64,000 nt of DNA from the NCBI GenBank assembly GCA_016875195.1, contig VGRY01000006.1, forward strand, positions 27,541 through 91,540. The letters are read 5' to 3'. The position numbers and the translations under genes are program-made. Shown here one piece after another: positions 18,251 through 28,508 of the stretch (positions are counted from its first letter, which is position 1; the number at the start of each line of letters is the position of its first letter). The notes under the pieces were generated by a model. It did not search any database and was not told the DNA's origin. It saw only the letters and a list, made by a program, of their open reading frames with translations. Source of the DNA: Deltaproteobacteria bacterium. Its GTDB lineage: Bacteria > Desulfobacterota > BSN033 > UBA1163.

Positions 18251-18275
18251 AAAAAAGATGGCAACTGCCATTTTA
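18251..18275. terminator. Bidirectional hairpin terminator between convergent genes
   Basis: AAAAAAG-ATGGC-aact-GCCAT-TTTT. An A-run lies on one side and a T-run on the other. Confidence 0.5.
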
Positions 18276-18284
18276 AGACTTGAG

Positions 18285-18467
18285 TCAGGTCTCTTTTTTT
18301 ATTCCGCAGACACCGGGTGTTAAATCATCTTGTTCCTTTTCGGATAACATCTCAACACCATTGCCTTGGCAATAAGGACATGTCATCTTCTGGGTGGCTT
18401 CACTCGGACGAAGAAAGACTTCAAAAGTCTTATCACATTTTCTGCAGTAAAATGGATAAAGAGGCAT
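18285..18467 (-). CDS. FmdB-family zinc-ribbon putative regulatory protein
   Basis: MPLYPFYCRKCDKTFEV...CPYCQG, a CxxC..CxxC zinc ribbon. Confidence 0.7.
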   Translation of the reverse strand: MPLYPFYCRKCDKTFEVFLRPSEATQKMTCPYCQGNGVEMLSEKEQDDLTPGVCGIKKET

Positions 18468-18468
18468 A

Positions 18469-18873
18469 TTACCCCCCCTTCGTTCCTATAATCACCAATT
18501 CCGCCACCTTAAAGATGCGAGTTCCTTCGTTGATAGCTCCGCCGCTGACTTCTCTCCCTGCTTTACTGACAGAGCCATGCAGGTGAACCTTGATCTCTCC
18601 AGCCTCCTGCTTAATATTTCCTGAAATGCCGTTGATCTCAAAGAGCCCTTCCAGGGTAATTCGCTCGACCTCGGGCGGGATCTGTTTTGTCTTTGGATAG
18701 GCAAGAACAACCTCTTCCAGGGATCCAATGCAGGAGAGGATGTAGGCCTCTTTTAACCTCTCCTGTTTGAAGAATTCCCTCAACGCATGAAAAAGGTCTT
18801 CTCCTGCCCACAAAGTCACCCTGTACCATATTGGTGTTGAAAATTTGTTAACTTCCATAAATGCTCCAATCAA
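18469..18873 (-). CDS. PPC (DUF296) domain protein
   Basis: FEINGISGNI..VHLHGSVS..GGAINEG resembles the PPC/DUF296 fold. Confidence 0.6.
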   Translation of the reverse strand: MIGAFMEVNKFSTPIWYRVTLWAGEDLFHALREFFKQERLKEAYILSCIGSLEEVVLAYPKTKQIPPEVERITLEGLFEINGISGNIKQEAGEIKVHLHGSVSKAGREVSGGAINEGTRIFKVAELVIIGTKGG

Positions 18874-19796
18874 CTTAAACCATATTTCTCTTTCAATTCA
18901 AACCGGCGGATCACATCCTCCAGGGGTTTCAGTTTGTCTCCTTCAATCTTTGGCAATGGCGGGCGCGGGTCACCTGACGGAAGCCCCATCAGTTTCACCA
19001 TGGCTTTAATCGCCACCGGATTGGTCGCTGAATAAGCCGCCTCCATCAGGGGAAGATATTTGAAATAGCATCCCCTGCCCTTCACTACATCTTCCCATGA
19101 CTTCCAGGGTTTTGATAACTCCGCTATCTCCCCCGGAGCCGCATTGCCGGTCACATTGGCTGTCCCATGTCCTCCCATTCCGAGAGTCGGAATGGTCAAC
19201 GCATAATTGGGAGCGTCACAGCAGAGAAGCCTGAGACGACCTCCTGTTCCTTCGAATACAGAGGCTAACTGGGCAACATTAGGAACAGCTTCCTTGTCAG
19301 CCACCAGATTGGGACATTCCTTGAAAAGCTTGACAATGGTGGGAGGATCAATATTGACGATCACCCGGGCAGGATTATTGTAAACAGCCACAGCAATATC
19401 CACAGACTGGCAAACGTCCTTGAAATATCGATAGACCGCAGGTTGCGGAGGAGCGATATAGGGAGGAACGACCAGCATGATCCCATCCGCCCCTTTTCCC
19501 TGAGCATATTTCGACAATTCAATCGTTGCTTCGGTGGAGCCACAAGTAACCCCAAAGAAGACAGGGATCTTATTCTTGCAATAAGGGGCCATTTCGGCAA
19601 TGATCTCTTTTCTCTCCTCCATAGAGAGAGAAGTGGGTTCGCCGGTCGATCCCATCAGGAGAAGCCCACTCGTTCCATTGCGCGCTTGGAAATCGACTAA
19701 TCGTTTAAAACCATCCATATCTACCCTTCCCTTACCATCAAAGGGGGTAATGAGAGCCACCCACGAACCCTCAGGATAAATCAGCTTTTTATCCAT
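18870..19796 (-). CDS. Dihydrodipicolinate synthase/N-acetylneuraminate lyase family (class I aldolase)
   Basis: ALITPF..GSTGEPTSLSMEERKEII..VYNNPARV motif series. Confidence 0.85.
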   Translation of the reverse strand: MDKKLIYPEGSWVALITPFDGKGRVDMDGFKRLVDFQARNGTSGLLLMGSTGEPTSLSMEERKEIIAEMAPYCKNKIPVFFGVTCGSTEATIELSKYAQGKGADGIMLVVPPYIAPPQPAVYRYFKDVCQSVDIAVAVYNNPARVIVNIDPPTIVKLFKECPNLVADKEAVPNVAQLASVFEGTGGRLRLLCCDAPNYALTIPTLGMGGHGTANVTGNAAPGEIAELSKPWKSWEDVVKGRGCYFKYLPLMEAAYSATNPVAIKAMVKLMGLPSGDPRPPLPKIEGDKLKPLEDVIRRFELKEKYGLS

Positions 19797-19851
19797 TTAT
19801 CTATCTCCTCCTTTTTCAATTATCTATACGATAGCCTATTTTTCGAATGTA

Positions 19852-21780
19852 TCAAAGTCCTCCCCTCTTCTTCGCCAAGGTCCACAGGATGAAGAGAACC
19901 GCAAGTAAACCAAACCCAATCAAATCTGTGGTCAATCCTGGCTTGATAAGCAGAAGAGCGGAAACAAAAAGAATTCCGGTTTGAAGCCACGAAGCGCCTT
20001 TTCCCATGAACCAACGCTCCATCGCACCTGCAAGAGCGCTGACCCCAATGATGGCTGTAAGGGTAGCCCAGATGACAGAAAAAAGATCGCCTTTCAAAAG
20101 TAAGGCAGGGCCATAGACAAACATGTAAGGAACGATAAAGGCCACGATCCCTAATCTCACTGCAGTGAACCCAACCTTGACGGGATTTGCCCTGGCAATA
20201 CCCGCAGCCACATAGGCAGCCACTGCGACCGGGGGTGTGATCGCTGAGAGGCAACTGAAGTAGAAGATAAAGAGATGAGCCCCCAATGGGGGCAGGCCCA
20301 GTTTGATCAGGGACGGCGCGACAATCGCCGCGCAGATGATATAAGCCGCCGTGGTAGGAAGTCCCATTCCCAGAATCAGGCTGATACACATCGCGATGAA
20401 AAGGGAAAGGAGGATGCTCACGCCTCCGAGATCGATCATGATCGAGCTGATCTTGAGCCCCACTCCTGTCAGGGCAACAATGCCAATGATGATGCCGGCA
20501 CAGGCACAGACCGCTGCCACCTGGGTCGCTTTGATCGCCCCATCCGCAAGGGTATCCAGAAGTTTCTTCCCACCCATCCGGGTCTCTTTCTTGAAGAAGG
20601 TGATGGCAAACGTGACAACCGTTGCCCAGAAACCAGCCAGCGTTGCCGTTGTCTTCAATCCAACCAGAAAGAAGATCAGCGCAAAAATCGGAAGGATGAA
20701 GAGAAAATCTTTCTTAAGAAGAGGACCGAGCTTCGGAAGTTCGGCCCAGGCAAGCCCCTTCAGTCCGGTCTTGGCCGCTTCCAGATCGATCATGATGTAG
20801 ATAGAGAGAAAGTAGAGGACAGCCGGAATGGCAGCTGCCTTGCAAACATCGAGGTAAGAGATTCCCACCAGCTCTGCCAGAATGAAAGCCCCTGCCCCCA
20901 TGACCGGAGGCATGATCTGCCCTCCAGTGGAGGAAACACATTCCACAGCTGCCGCAAAATGGCCTTTATATCCGATGCTCTTCATCATCGGGATGGTAAA
21001 GGTTCCAGTTCCGATCACATTGGCCACCGCGCTTCCAGAGATGGTCCCGAAGAAAGCGCTGGAGACAGTCTCGGCTTTGGCCGGACCTCCCCGCGTCCCG
21101 CCAAACATGGCTGTCGCAAGGTCGATCAGGAACTTTCCGCCTCCGCACGCTTCGAGAAAAGAACCAAACAGGATGAAGAGGAAGACATAGCGCACCGAGA
21201 TGCCGATGGGAATATTGAAGATCCCCTGCTCACTGAAGAGATGGCTGATCACCCTCTCCAGGTCATATCCCCGGTGTCGTATCATGGAAGGCAGGTAATG
21301 TCCCACAAAAGCATAGACCAGAAAGACCACAGCCACCACAGGCATGGAAAGTCCGATGGTGCGACGCGAAACCTCAAGAACAAGGAGAATCGTAATCGCC
21401 CCAAGGATCAAGTCAGAAATCGTGGGAGCATTATCGATCCGAAAGATGAAATCCTGGTAGAAGACGATAATGTAGATACTGGTGCATGCTCCAAGGAGGC
21501 CGAGGATGAGGTCGTAGAGCGGGAACCGGGTTTTGATCTTCCTCGATGTTGAAGTCAAGGGATAGACGAGAAATATTAAAAAGATGCTGAACCCGAGGTG
21601 GATGGCATAGAGTTTAACAGAGGTGACAATGGTGAGTCCGCTGAGGGCGTAAAGGTGGTAAAGAGTCATGGCCACCGCTAAAATTAGGATGAACCACGCA
21701 TGAAACCCTTTTGTCTTCTTACCACCCTCATCTTCAAGAGGGCTCAGCCCCTCTTCGAATTTCGGATTTTTTTTATCCAT
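19852..21780 (-). CDS. TRAP transporter fused permease (TAXI-type DctQM)
   Basis: 642 aa and highly hydrophobic. Sits directly downstream of a TAXI solute-binding gene with a 1-nt gap. Confidence 0.85.
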   Translation of the reverse strand: MDKKNPKFEEGLSPLEDEGGKKTKGFHAWFILILAVAMTLYHLYALSGLTIVTSVKLYAIHLGFSIFLIFLVYPLTSTSRKIKTRFPLYDLILGLLGACTSIYIIVFYQDFIFRIDNAPTISDLILGAITILLVLEVSRRTIGLSMPVVAVVFLVYAFVGHYLPSMIRHRGYDLERVISHLFSEQGIFNIPIGISVRYVFLFILFGSFLEACGGGKFLIDLATAMFGGTRGGPAKAETVSSAFFGTISGSAVANVIGTGTFTIPMMKSIGYKGHFAAAVECVSSTGGQIMPPVMGAGAFILAELVGISYLDVCKAAAIPAVLYFLSIYIMIDLEAAKTGLKGLAWAELPKLGPLLKKDFLFILPIFALIFFLVGLKTTATLAGFWATVVTFAITFFKKETRMGGKKLLDTLADGAIKATQVAAVCACAGIIIGIVALTGVGLKISSIMIDLGGVSILLSLFIAMCISLILGMGLPTTAAYIICAAIVAPSLIKLGLPPLGAHLFIFYFSCLSAITPPVAVAAYVAAGIARANPVKVGFTAVRLGIVAFIVPYMFVYGPALLLKGDLFSVIWATLTAIIGVSALAGAMERWFMGKGASWLQTGILFVSALLLIKPGLTTDLIGFGLLAVLFILWTLAKKRGGL

Positions 21781-21781
21781 T

Positions 21782-22729
21782 CTATTCTGTGGGAATCAAC
21801 GAAGGAGGAATGGAGACCTTCATCTCCCGCAAATATTTAATCGTCCCCGGATGAAGAGGAATGGGTGTGTTGATTGCATTCTCCACCTTGGTCGCACTGG
21901 AGACCGGGTGAACCGCTACCAGATCCGGATTGCGCTCATACGTGGCCTTTACCAATTTATAAGCAAGATCCTCTGAAAGGCTTTTACTGGCCAGAATCAG
22001 GTTCCAATCGACAACGGTCTCATAGGGTTTGTCTGACAGGGTTTTATAACTCCCCTTGGGGACAACCCCCCTGCGGTAGGCCTGGAAAACGTTAATGATG
22101 GCCTGAATATCTTTCTCTGCCATCGTGAGAAATACGATGTCGTGGGTTGCCTCAATGCTGGTGAGCCCTGGCCATTTCTCAGGCCCGATCACAGCCGAGC
22201 AATGAAGGGTTCCGTCCTGAAGTCCTTCTACTGTGGCTGCATGCGTCAAAATATGGGACTTTGCCGGCTTAATCCCAAGCGTTTCAAAAATCTTGACGGT
22301 GGTATCATGAAGCCCTTTGACATAACCGATATCTTTCCCGTTGACATCGTATAAGGTTTTAAGCCCGCTCTTTTTCAGCGCATAAAAATAGTAATAACCC
22401 GGATAGGCGGGAAACAGTGCCCTCAGGTTTTTCATCTTCTTGTCAGTGTACATATCATAAGTCACCTGGGCAAGGGAAAAACCCACCTGGAGTTTCCCTC
22501 TTTCAATCAGCTGACAATTGGCAGTGGAACCTCCGGTGGACTCTGCTGTCACCTCAATACCAGGAAGCGCTTTGTTCATCACCTTGGCCCAACCTCCACC
22601 CCAGATATAGTAGAGGCCTCCTTCTGTCCCAGTTCCAAAGGAGATAAACTGCTGGGCGTAGGATGAATGGACGACGATCAGAGAGAATAGAGCTGATAAG
22701 AACAGATAAGATAATCCATACCTCTTCAT
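21782..22729 (-). CDS. TAXI-family TRAP solute-binding protein
   Basis: Signal peptide, then FGTGTEGGLYYIWGGGWAKVMN..ESTGGSTAN, characteristic of the TAXI family. Confidence 0.85.
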   Translation of the reverse strand: MKRYGLSYLFLSALFSLIVVHSSYAQQFISFGTGTEGGLYYIWGGGWAKVMNKALPGIEVTAESTGGSTANCQLIERGKLQVGFSLAQVTYDMYTDKKMKNLRALFPAYPGYYYFYALKKSGLKTLYDVNGKDIGYVKGLHDTTVKIFETLGIKPAKSHILTHAATVEGLQDGTLHCSAVIGPEKWPGLTSIEATHDIVFLTMAEKDIQAIINVFQAYRRGVVPKGSYKTLSDKPYETVVDWNLILASKSLSEDLAYKLVKATYERNPDLVAVHPVSSATKVENAINTPIPLHPGTIKYLREMKVSIPPSLIPTE

Positions 22730-22870
22730 TGCATTCCTCCTTTATGTCTTTTATGTGACTCATTTCGAGTGTAGGGGATATTCACTTCCTTGTCAAGAGT
22801 TCCCCCTTTAAAACTTCGTTGTCCTCGTTTCAGGAATATGTTAGGATTTTTTAAAAGATTGAATAAATTA

Positions 22871-22987
22871 CACGAATGATAACGAACTTCACGAATAAGG
22901 GGCACCATAACCCCTCCACACCTCCCGGTCTGGGGAGTTATAAGGGAAGGCTGGGTGGGGTTATTCGCTGACATTCGTGCCATTCGT
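22871..22987. repeat. Imperfect palindrome (E3), CACGAAT/ATTCGTG words flanking a (T)AACCCC/GGGGTTA core
   Basis: Left arm cacgaatgataacgaacttcacgaataa. Right arm ttattcgctgacattcgtgccattcgt. Inner arms ataacccctccacacctccc / gggaaggctgggtggggttat. Confidence 0.7.
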
Positions 22988-23016
22988 TTTTCTTGCGAAA
23001 GTCAGGGGGAACGCCA

Positions 23017-24234
23017 GTGGTGAATGAAGATCTTTCAAAGCTCAGGATCGAAAAGACAAAGGCCATCTCACGACCCCGTAGACGACGAAAAATCATCTTC
23101 TGGGTTCTCCTGATCGTTGCGATCATTCTCGCAGGAATCCTCTATACTCAGGGAATGTTTACCCCTCCGGTTCAGGTCCAGATTGTAACGGTCAGCCAGA
23201 TCTACCCCTCTCAAACATTGATCGTGCTCAATGCAAGCGGATATGTCGTTCCTCAGCGCAAATCCGCTCTTGCCTCAAAGGTGACCGGCCGCCTCATCTG
23301 GCTCGGGGTTGAAGAGGGAAATCGAGTCAAACAAGACCAGATCGTTGCCCGCCTCGAAAGTCAGGATGTCACCGCAGCAAAAGGTCTCGCAGAGGCCAAT
23401 GTTAATGCAGCCCGTCACAATATTGAACTTGCCCGAGCAGAACTCAAGGAAGCAACCCTCAATCTGGAACGGAACAAAGCCCTTCTTGCAAAGGGATATG
23501 TGGCGAAATCGATCTATGACTCTGCCCTTGCCCGATATGAGAAGGCAGTTGCAGCGGTTGAGGCTTCGGAAGCCAGTTTGAAGGCAAGCCTTGCCGCATT
23601 GGAAGCGGCTAACATCAACCTCGAATATACCTTGATCCGGGCTCCATTTGACGCTGTGGTCTTAACTAAAAATGCGGATGTGGGCGATATCGTCACTCCC
23701 ATCGGTGCGGCAGCCAATGCCAAATCAGCGGTCATCACCATTGCGGACATGAATTCCCTCCAGGTGGAAGCTGACGTTTCGGAATCCAACCTCAATAAGA
23801 TTAAGGTCGGTCAACCCTGCGAGATTCAGCTCGATGCCCTGCCTGAAGAACGTTTCCGAGGAGCCATCCATATGATCGTACCCACAGCTGACCGCACCAA
23901 GGCTACAGTGATGGTTAAGATCCGTTTCGCCGAAAGAGACAGCCGCGTGTTACCAGAGATGAGTGCGAAGGTTGCTTTTCTCTCCAGGCCGCCCAAACCC
24001 GAAGAACAGAAACCCCGCGTGGCGATCAACCAGTCCTCCATCGTAAACAGAAAAGGCAGCGAGAAAGTCTTTCTGATCAAAGAAGAAAAAGTGATCGAAA
24101 CATCAGTTAACCTTGGAACGAAGATCGGCGACATGGTGGAGGTTCTCGGCGGTATCAAAGTCGGAGACCAGATCGTCCTTAATCCTCCCGAGCGCTTGAG
24201 GAATGGGCTGAAGATAAAAGTTGCTGAAAAATAA
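23017..24234 (+). CDS. Efflux transporter periplasmic adaptor (HlyD/MacA family)
   Basis: TM anchor, coiled-coil AAKGLAEANVNAARHNIELARAEL, and RAPFDAVV lipoyl-like motifs. GTG 23017 with SD GGGGGA is preferred; the ORF track TTG is at 22993. Confidence 0.8.
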   Translation: MVNEDLSKLRIEKTKAISRPRRRRKIIFWVLLIVAIILAGILYTQGMFTPPVQVQIVTVSQIYPSQTLIVLNASGYVVPQRKSALASKVTGRLIWLGVEEGNRVKQDQIVARLESQDVTAAKGLAEANVNAARHNIELARAELKEATLNLERNKALLAKGYVAKSIYDSALARYEKAVAAVEASEASLKASLAALEAANINLEYTLIRAPFDAVVLTKNADVGDIVTPIGAAANAKSAVITIADMNSLQVEADVSESNLNKIKVGQPCEIQLDALPEERFRGAIHMIVPTADRTKATVMVKIRFAERDSRVLPEMSAKVAFLSRPPKPEEQKPRVAINQSSIVNRKGSEKVFLIKEEKVIETSVNLGTKIGDMVEVLGGIKVGDQIVLNPPERLRNGLKIKVAEK

Positions 24235-24241
24235 AAAAACC

Positions 24242-24317
24242 AGGTTAAGGCTAAGGCTGAGGTTTAGGTATAGAGTAAGTTCCTCATTTTTCTCAACCTT
24301 AACCTTAACCTCAACCT
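24242..24317. repeat. Imperfect palindrome (E4) of GGTTAAGG/CCTTAACC words
   Basis: aggttaaggctaaggctgaggtttagg ... ctcaaccttaaccttaacctcaacct. Confidence 0.7.
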
Positions 24318-24331
24318 GATGATTTGCCCTT

Positions 24332-25027
24332 ATGCCTCCTATCGTTGAAATCATCAATGTGAGCAAGTCCTACCGCAGGGGAAGCCGGATGATCCCCGTG
24401 CTGGTCGATATCAACCTCAACATCGAAGAGGGTGAATTCATGGCCCTGATGGGACCCTCCGGCTCCGGGAAAAGCACGCTCCTCAATCTGATTGCCGCCC
24501 TTGATCAGGCTGATAGCGGAGCCATTCGGGTCGGTGGAATTGACATCACCACCCTCTCCGAAAATGAACTGGCGGAGTGGCGAGCTCTGAATGTCGGATT
24601 CATCTTCCAATTCTACAACCTGATTCCGGTCCTGACAGCCTTTGAAAATGTGGAACTCCCCCTTCTTCTCACCGGACTTTCACGAAAGGAACGAAGCGAG
24701 CATGTGGAGACAGCGCTTCGGGTTGTCAATTTAGAGGCAAGAATGGATCACTATCCATCTCAACTCTCAGGCGGCGAGCAGCAGAGAGTCGCCATTGCTC
24801 GAGCCATTGTGACCGATCCCACCATCCTCGTCGCAGACGAACCCACCGGCGACCTGGATAAAGTGGCCGCCAGAGAGATCCTCGATTTGATGGACCAGCT
24901 TAATCGTCAATCCCGGAAAACGATCATCATGGTGACTCACGACCCAAGGGCTGCTGAAAAAGCACGAGTCATCAGACGGCTGGAAAAAGGGTTTCTCGAC
25001 AATGTTCATTCTCAAGATCCTCATTAG
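24332..25027 (+). CDS. ABC transporter ATP-binding protein (MacB/LolD-type)
   Basis: Walker A GPSGSGKST, signature LSGGEQQR, Walker B ILVADEPTG. Confidence 0.92.
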   Translation: MPPIVEIINVSKSYRRGSRMIPVLVDINLNIEEGEFMALMGPSGSGKSTLLNLIAALDQADSGAIRVGGIDITTLSENELAEWRALNVGFIFQFYNLIPVLTAFENVELPLLLTGLSRKERSEHVETALRVVNLEARMDHYPSQLSGGEQQRVAIARAIVTDPTILVADEPTGDLDKVAAREILDLMDQLNRQSRKTIIMVTHDPRAAEKARVIRRLEKGFLDNVHSQDPH

Positions 25028-26159
25028 AAATGCCTTTCGCCACAAACTCCGGACCCTGTTGACCATCCTCGGCATCACCGTTGCCATTCTGGCCTTCGGC
25101 CTTCTCCGGACCTTCATCAATGCCTGGTACGGAGGGGTTGAAGCCTCTTCTGCCTCGCGCCTTGTCACGCGAAGTTCCATCTCCCTCATCTTCCACCTGC
25201 CCCTCTCCTACAAGGATAAAATCCGTCAGGTGGACGGAGTCAAAACCGTCTCCTGGGGCAACTGGTTTGGGGGAATCTATATCGATGAGAAGAACTTCTT
25301 CGCCAATTTTGGCGTGGATGCAAAGAGCTATCTCGAGCTCTATCCTGAATTCATTCTCACCCCTGAAGAAGAGAAATCCTTTTTCCGGGACCGGAAGGGT
25401 TTTGTGGCCGGCCAAAAACTGGCGAAGCGATTCGGCTGGAAGATCGGCGATACCGTTACGCTCAAGGGAACGATCTACCCGGGCAACTGGGATTTTGTCC
25501 TTCGCGGAATTTACCGCGGAAGAGATCAGACCATCGATGAGACCCAGTTCTTCTTCCACTGGGACTATATCAACGAAACAATGAAAAAGAGGGGCTCTCC
25601 ACGCACCGACATGGTTGGATTTTATATGGTGGGGGTAACACGGCCTGACCGTGCAACCGAAGTCGCCCTGGTCATCGACAACCTCTTTAAGAATTCGATT
25701 GCGGAGACATTGACCGAGACGGAAAAGGCTTTCCAGCTCTCCTTCATCTCCATGTCCCAGACGATCATCATGGCCATCGAACTCGTCTCTTTCGTCGTCA
25801 TCATCATCATCATCGCCGTCGTGGCCAATACGATGTCGATGACCTACCGGGAACGGATCGGCGAGTATGCGATTTTCAAAACACTGGGCTTCCGGGGCTT
25901 GCGCATTGCAGGGATGATCGTTGGAGAATCGATGGTCATCACCCTGATCGGAAGCTTTCTCGGGATCATCCTCACTTTTCCGGTCGCTGTCATCGTCGGA
26001 AAGATGTTGAGCAATTACTTCCCGGTCTTCAATGTGGCTGAGGAAGCGATCTATATGGATCTGGCCGCCTCCTTCGTCATCGGGCTTCTGGCGGCCATCG
26101 TTCCGACCTATCGTGCCATGCGGATTCGTATTGCGGATGGATTGAGGAGGATCGGTTAA
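25002..26159 (+). CDS. ABC transporter permease, FtsX/MacB-type
   Basis: N-terminal TM, periplasmic domain and C-terminal FtsX-like 3-TM bundle. Overlaps the ATPase gene. Confidence 0.85.
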   Translation: MFILKILIRNAFRHKLRTLLTILGITVAILAFGLLRTFINAWYGGVEASSASRLVTRSSISLIFHLPLSYKDKIRQVDGVKTVSWGNWFGGIYIDEKNFFANFGVDAKSYLELYPEFILTPEEEKSFFRDRKGFVAGQKLAKRFGWKIGDTVTLKGTIYPGNWDFVLRGIYRGRDQTIDETQFFFHWDYINETMKKRGSPRTDMVGFYMVGVTRPDRATEVALVIDNLFKNSIAETLTETEKAFQLSFISMSQTIIMAIELVSFVVIIIIIAVVANTMSMTYRERIGEYAIFKTLGFRGLRIAGMIVGESMVITLIGSFLGIILTFPVAVIVGKMLSNYFPVFNVAEEAIYMDLAASFVIGLLAAIVPTYRAMRIRIADGLRRIG

Positions 26160-27326
26160 TTGGGCGTGCCACTCTCTTACAGCTTTCGTAACCTCTGGAC
26201 GCGGAGGCTTACGACAATCCTGACCGCTTCGGGCATGGCCCTCGTCGTCTTCGTCTTTGCGGCCATGCTGATGTTAGCCCAGGGCTTGCAAAAAACTCTG
26301 GTGGAAACCGGCTCGAGTGACAATGTCGTCGTCATTCGAAAGGGTTCGGCAACCGAGGTCCAGAGCGGGATCGATCGTTACCAGACTTCCGTCGTAGAGA
26401 CACAACCAGAAGTGGCCATCGGTGAGGACGGTCAACCCTTTCTTGCTAAAGAATCTGTCATTATCATCAGCCTCCGCAAACGGGGGACGAAACAGGAGAA
26501 CTATATCACGATCCGAGGGATCGGGAAGAGTTCCCTGGCCCTGCGTCCTCAGGTGAGTTTGACGGAGGGACGGCTGCCAAGGTTTGGCTCGTCCGAACTC
26601 ATCACGGGCCGAAGTGTGGCGGAACGTTTTGAAGGAAGCGGCCTGGGCGAGACGCTTCGCTTTGGATTGAGGGACTGGAAAGTGGTGGGGATTTTCGATG
26701 CCGGAAACACGGGATTCAATTCCGAGGTCTGGGTGGATGGGGATCAGCTGATGCAGACCTTCCGGAGGTATGCTTACTCTTCAATCATCTTTAAACTGCG
26801 TGACCCTTCCAGGTTTGAAGAGGTAAAGAAACGGATCGAAAACGACCCGCGCCTGACCCTCGAGGCTAAGCGGGAGAACCGTTACTATGCGGAGCAATCG
26901 GAGATGATGGCCACCTTCCTCCGCATCCTCGGCACTTCGCTGACGATCATCTTCTCCCTGGGTGCCATCATCGGCGCCATGATCACGATGTATGCCGCCG
27001 TCTCAACCCGCACTGCCGAAATCGGCACCCTGCGCGCCCTTGGCTTTAAGAGGTTCAGCATACTCACCGCCTTCTTATTTGAGGCTTTGCTTCTTGGGCT
27101 GATCGGAGGGCTGGCCGGGCTGTTCTTCGCCTCTTTTCTCAGGTTCCTCACGGTCTCGACCATGAACTTTCAGACCTTTTCGGAATTGGCCTTTGACTTC
27201 ACTCTCAATTTCGACATCGTTTGGAAAGCACTGGTCTTTTCTCTGATCATGGGTTTTGTGGGAGGCGTGCTGCCCGCTTTCAGAGCCGCACGAATGAACA
27301 TCGTTGAATCACTCCGATCTACTTAA
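26160..27326 (+). CDS. ABC transporter permease, FtsX/MacB-type (second)
   Basis: Same architecture as 25002-26159. Starts immediately after its stop. Confidence 0.85.
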   Translation: MGVPLSYSFRNLWTRRLTTILTASGMALVVFVFAAMLMLAQGLQKTLVETGSSDNVVVIRKGSATEVQSGIDRYQTSVVETQPEVAIGEDGQPFLAKESVIIISLRKRGTKQENYITIRGIGKSSLALRPQVSLTEGRLPRFGSSELITGRSVAERFEGSGLGETLRFGLRDWKVVGIFDAGNTGFNSEVWVDGDQLMQTFRRYAYSSIIFKLRDPSRFEEVKKRIENDPRLTLEAKRENRYYAEQSEMMATFLRILGTSLTIIFSLGAIIGAMITMYAAVSTRTAEIGTLRALGFKRFSILTAFLFEALLLGLIGGLAGLFFASFLRFLTVSTMNFQTFSELAFDFTLNFDIVWKALVFSLIMGFVGGVLPAFRAARMNIVESLRST

Positions 27327-27372
27327 AGACGGCTTAGAAACAAAGAAAGGGTATCCCCTATTCTGTTGCCAA

Positions 27373-27753
27373 CTACCTCTTTCTTTTCTGCCAGTAATTG
27401 ATGAAAAGGCCCACCAGAACAATTCCGCACACGTCGAGTAAAACATCCGTGATTGAAGCATCTCGATATGGAATAAAGGCCTGATGTATCTCGTCGAGAA
27501 CTCCAACGAGGGTTGCAATCCCGCCCGGCAGCATGAGGGAAATAGGCCTGAAAGAGGACATTTTCGCATTGACCAAATTGGGAAGAAAGGCAACGGTGAG
27601 GAGACCCATTAAAACACCATAGAGAGGGATATGGAGAAGACTATAGGGATTCCATATTTGCTCCATAGATTGCTGTGCAATCAACCTGGGAAGTATAAAG
27701 ATGCAGGAGACATAGATCGCCGATAAAATAAATAAGATTCGCTTTATCATCAC
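27373..27753 (-). CDS. VanZ-family membrane protein
   Basis: Four TM helices. DEIHQAFIPYRDASITDVLLD is the VanZ signature region. Confidence 0.7.
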   Translation of the reverse strand: MMIKRILFILSAIYVSCIFILPRLIAQQSMEQIWNPYSLLHIPLYGVLMGLLTVAFLPNLVNAKMSSFRPISLMLPGGIATLVGVLDEIHQAFIPYRDASITDVLLDVCGIVLVGLFINYWQKRKR

Positions 27754-27908
27754 AAGTTATTGAAATTCAAATCAAACTTAATCGTTTCAGATAATATTGA
27801 AACCTCTTGTGCCCCCTCCTCTTTTTCCCATAATTTACCCGCTACTGTCAACCTATATCTCAAAAATCAGTAACATTTGAGATTTACTCATAATTTTTAT
27901 ATTTTTTC

Positions 27909-27937
27909 TTGACATGGCAAAAATAGTGTGATAAATA
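27909..27937 (+). promoter_or_regulatory. sigma70-type promoter TTGACA-N17-TAAATA
   Basis: TTGACA 27909-27914 and TAAATA 27932-27937, upstream of 27981. Confidence 0.45.
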
Positions 27938-27980
27938 TATTTCATGTAATTTTTTATACACATGTGGTGAAATAATCACA

Positions 27981-28262
27981 ATGGCAGATTTGGTTAAAAC
28001 GCTTTGGGAACTGATTCGCAAGGAGTCTTCTGTCAGGAGGGTGGCAAAGGGGTTGGAAGTTGACCGAGCCAGTCTCTACCGATCCCTGAAGAAAGGAACC
28101 CATCCACGGATTGATACAGTTGTGAAAATCCTTGATCACCTGGGCTATGAATTGCAGGTGGTTAAAACAGATAAAAAAACGAAAAAGATATCAGAGAGCA
28201 AAGAACCACCAACGAAAGAAACGCTTGACAAGGGGAGAGAGGTTCAGCAAGAAGCTTCATAG
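27981..28262 (+). CDS. HTH DNA-binding protein resembling addiction-module antidote (HI1420-like)
   Basis: VAKGLEVDRASLYRSLKKGTHPRIDTVVKILDHLGYELQV resembles the ..ReSLYraLs..gnP...Tv.kvl.aLG..L.. motif of that family. No killer gene is adjacent. Confidence 0.5.
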   Translation: MADLVKTLWELIRKESSVRRVAKGLEVDRASLYRSLKKGTHPRIDTVVKILDHLGYELQVVKTDKKTKKISESKEPPTKETLDKGREVQQEAS

Positions 28263-28289
28263 GTTCATCTCATCTTAGGAGGGAAACGG

Positions 28290-28508
28290 ATGATTACCTA
28301 CAAAGTCTTTCTTAAGAATCGCGACCTTGAAAAAGAAGATCTCATCGGCGTACTGATTGAAAGAAGAAATGATTTGAGGGGAAAAACACAGGTCAAATCC
28401 GGATCGGAATGGGCTGAGTTGTTTTTTGGAAATCTTGTTGAGGATAAACGTGCAATCTTCATTGTCCCCGATGAATTGAAGTCAATGGACCTATCAGAAG
28501 CCCCTTGA
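28290..28508 (+). CDS. Hypothetical small protein (72 aa)
   Basis: ORF with SD aggaggga upstream. No family recognised. Confidence 0.45.
   Translation: MITYKVFLKNRDLEKEDLIGVLIERRNDLRGKTQVKSGSEWAELFFGNLVEDKRAIFIVPDELKSMDLSEAP

Noticed and set aside
20275-21552. 425-aa plus-strand ORF (and neighbours such as 20351-20800 and 19820-20389)
   Set aside because: It is antisense or out of frame to the TRAP permease gene. The Arg/His/Asp-rich composition is typical of shadow ORFs in a hydrophobic gene. The same reasoning applies to the many other antisense ORFs inside long genes, for example 24972-25559, 41142-42002 and 57119-57856.
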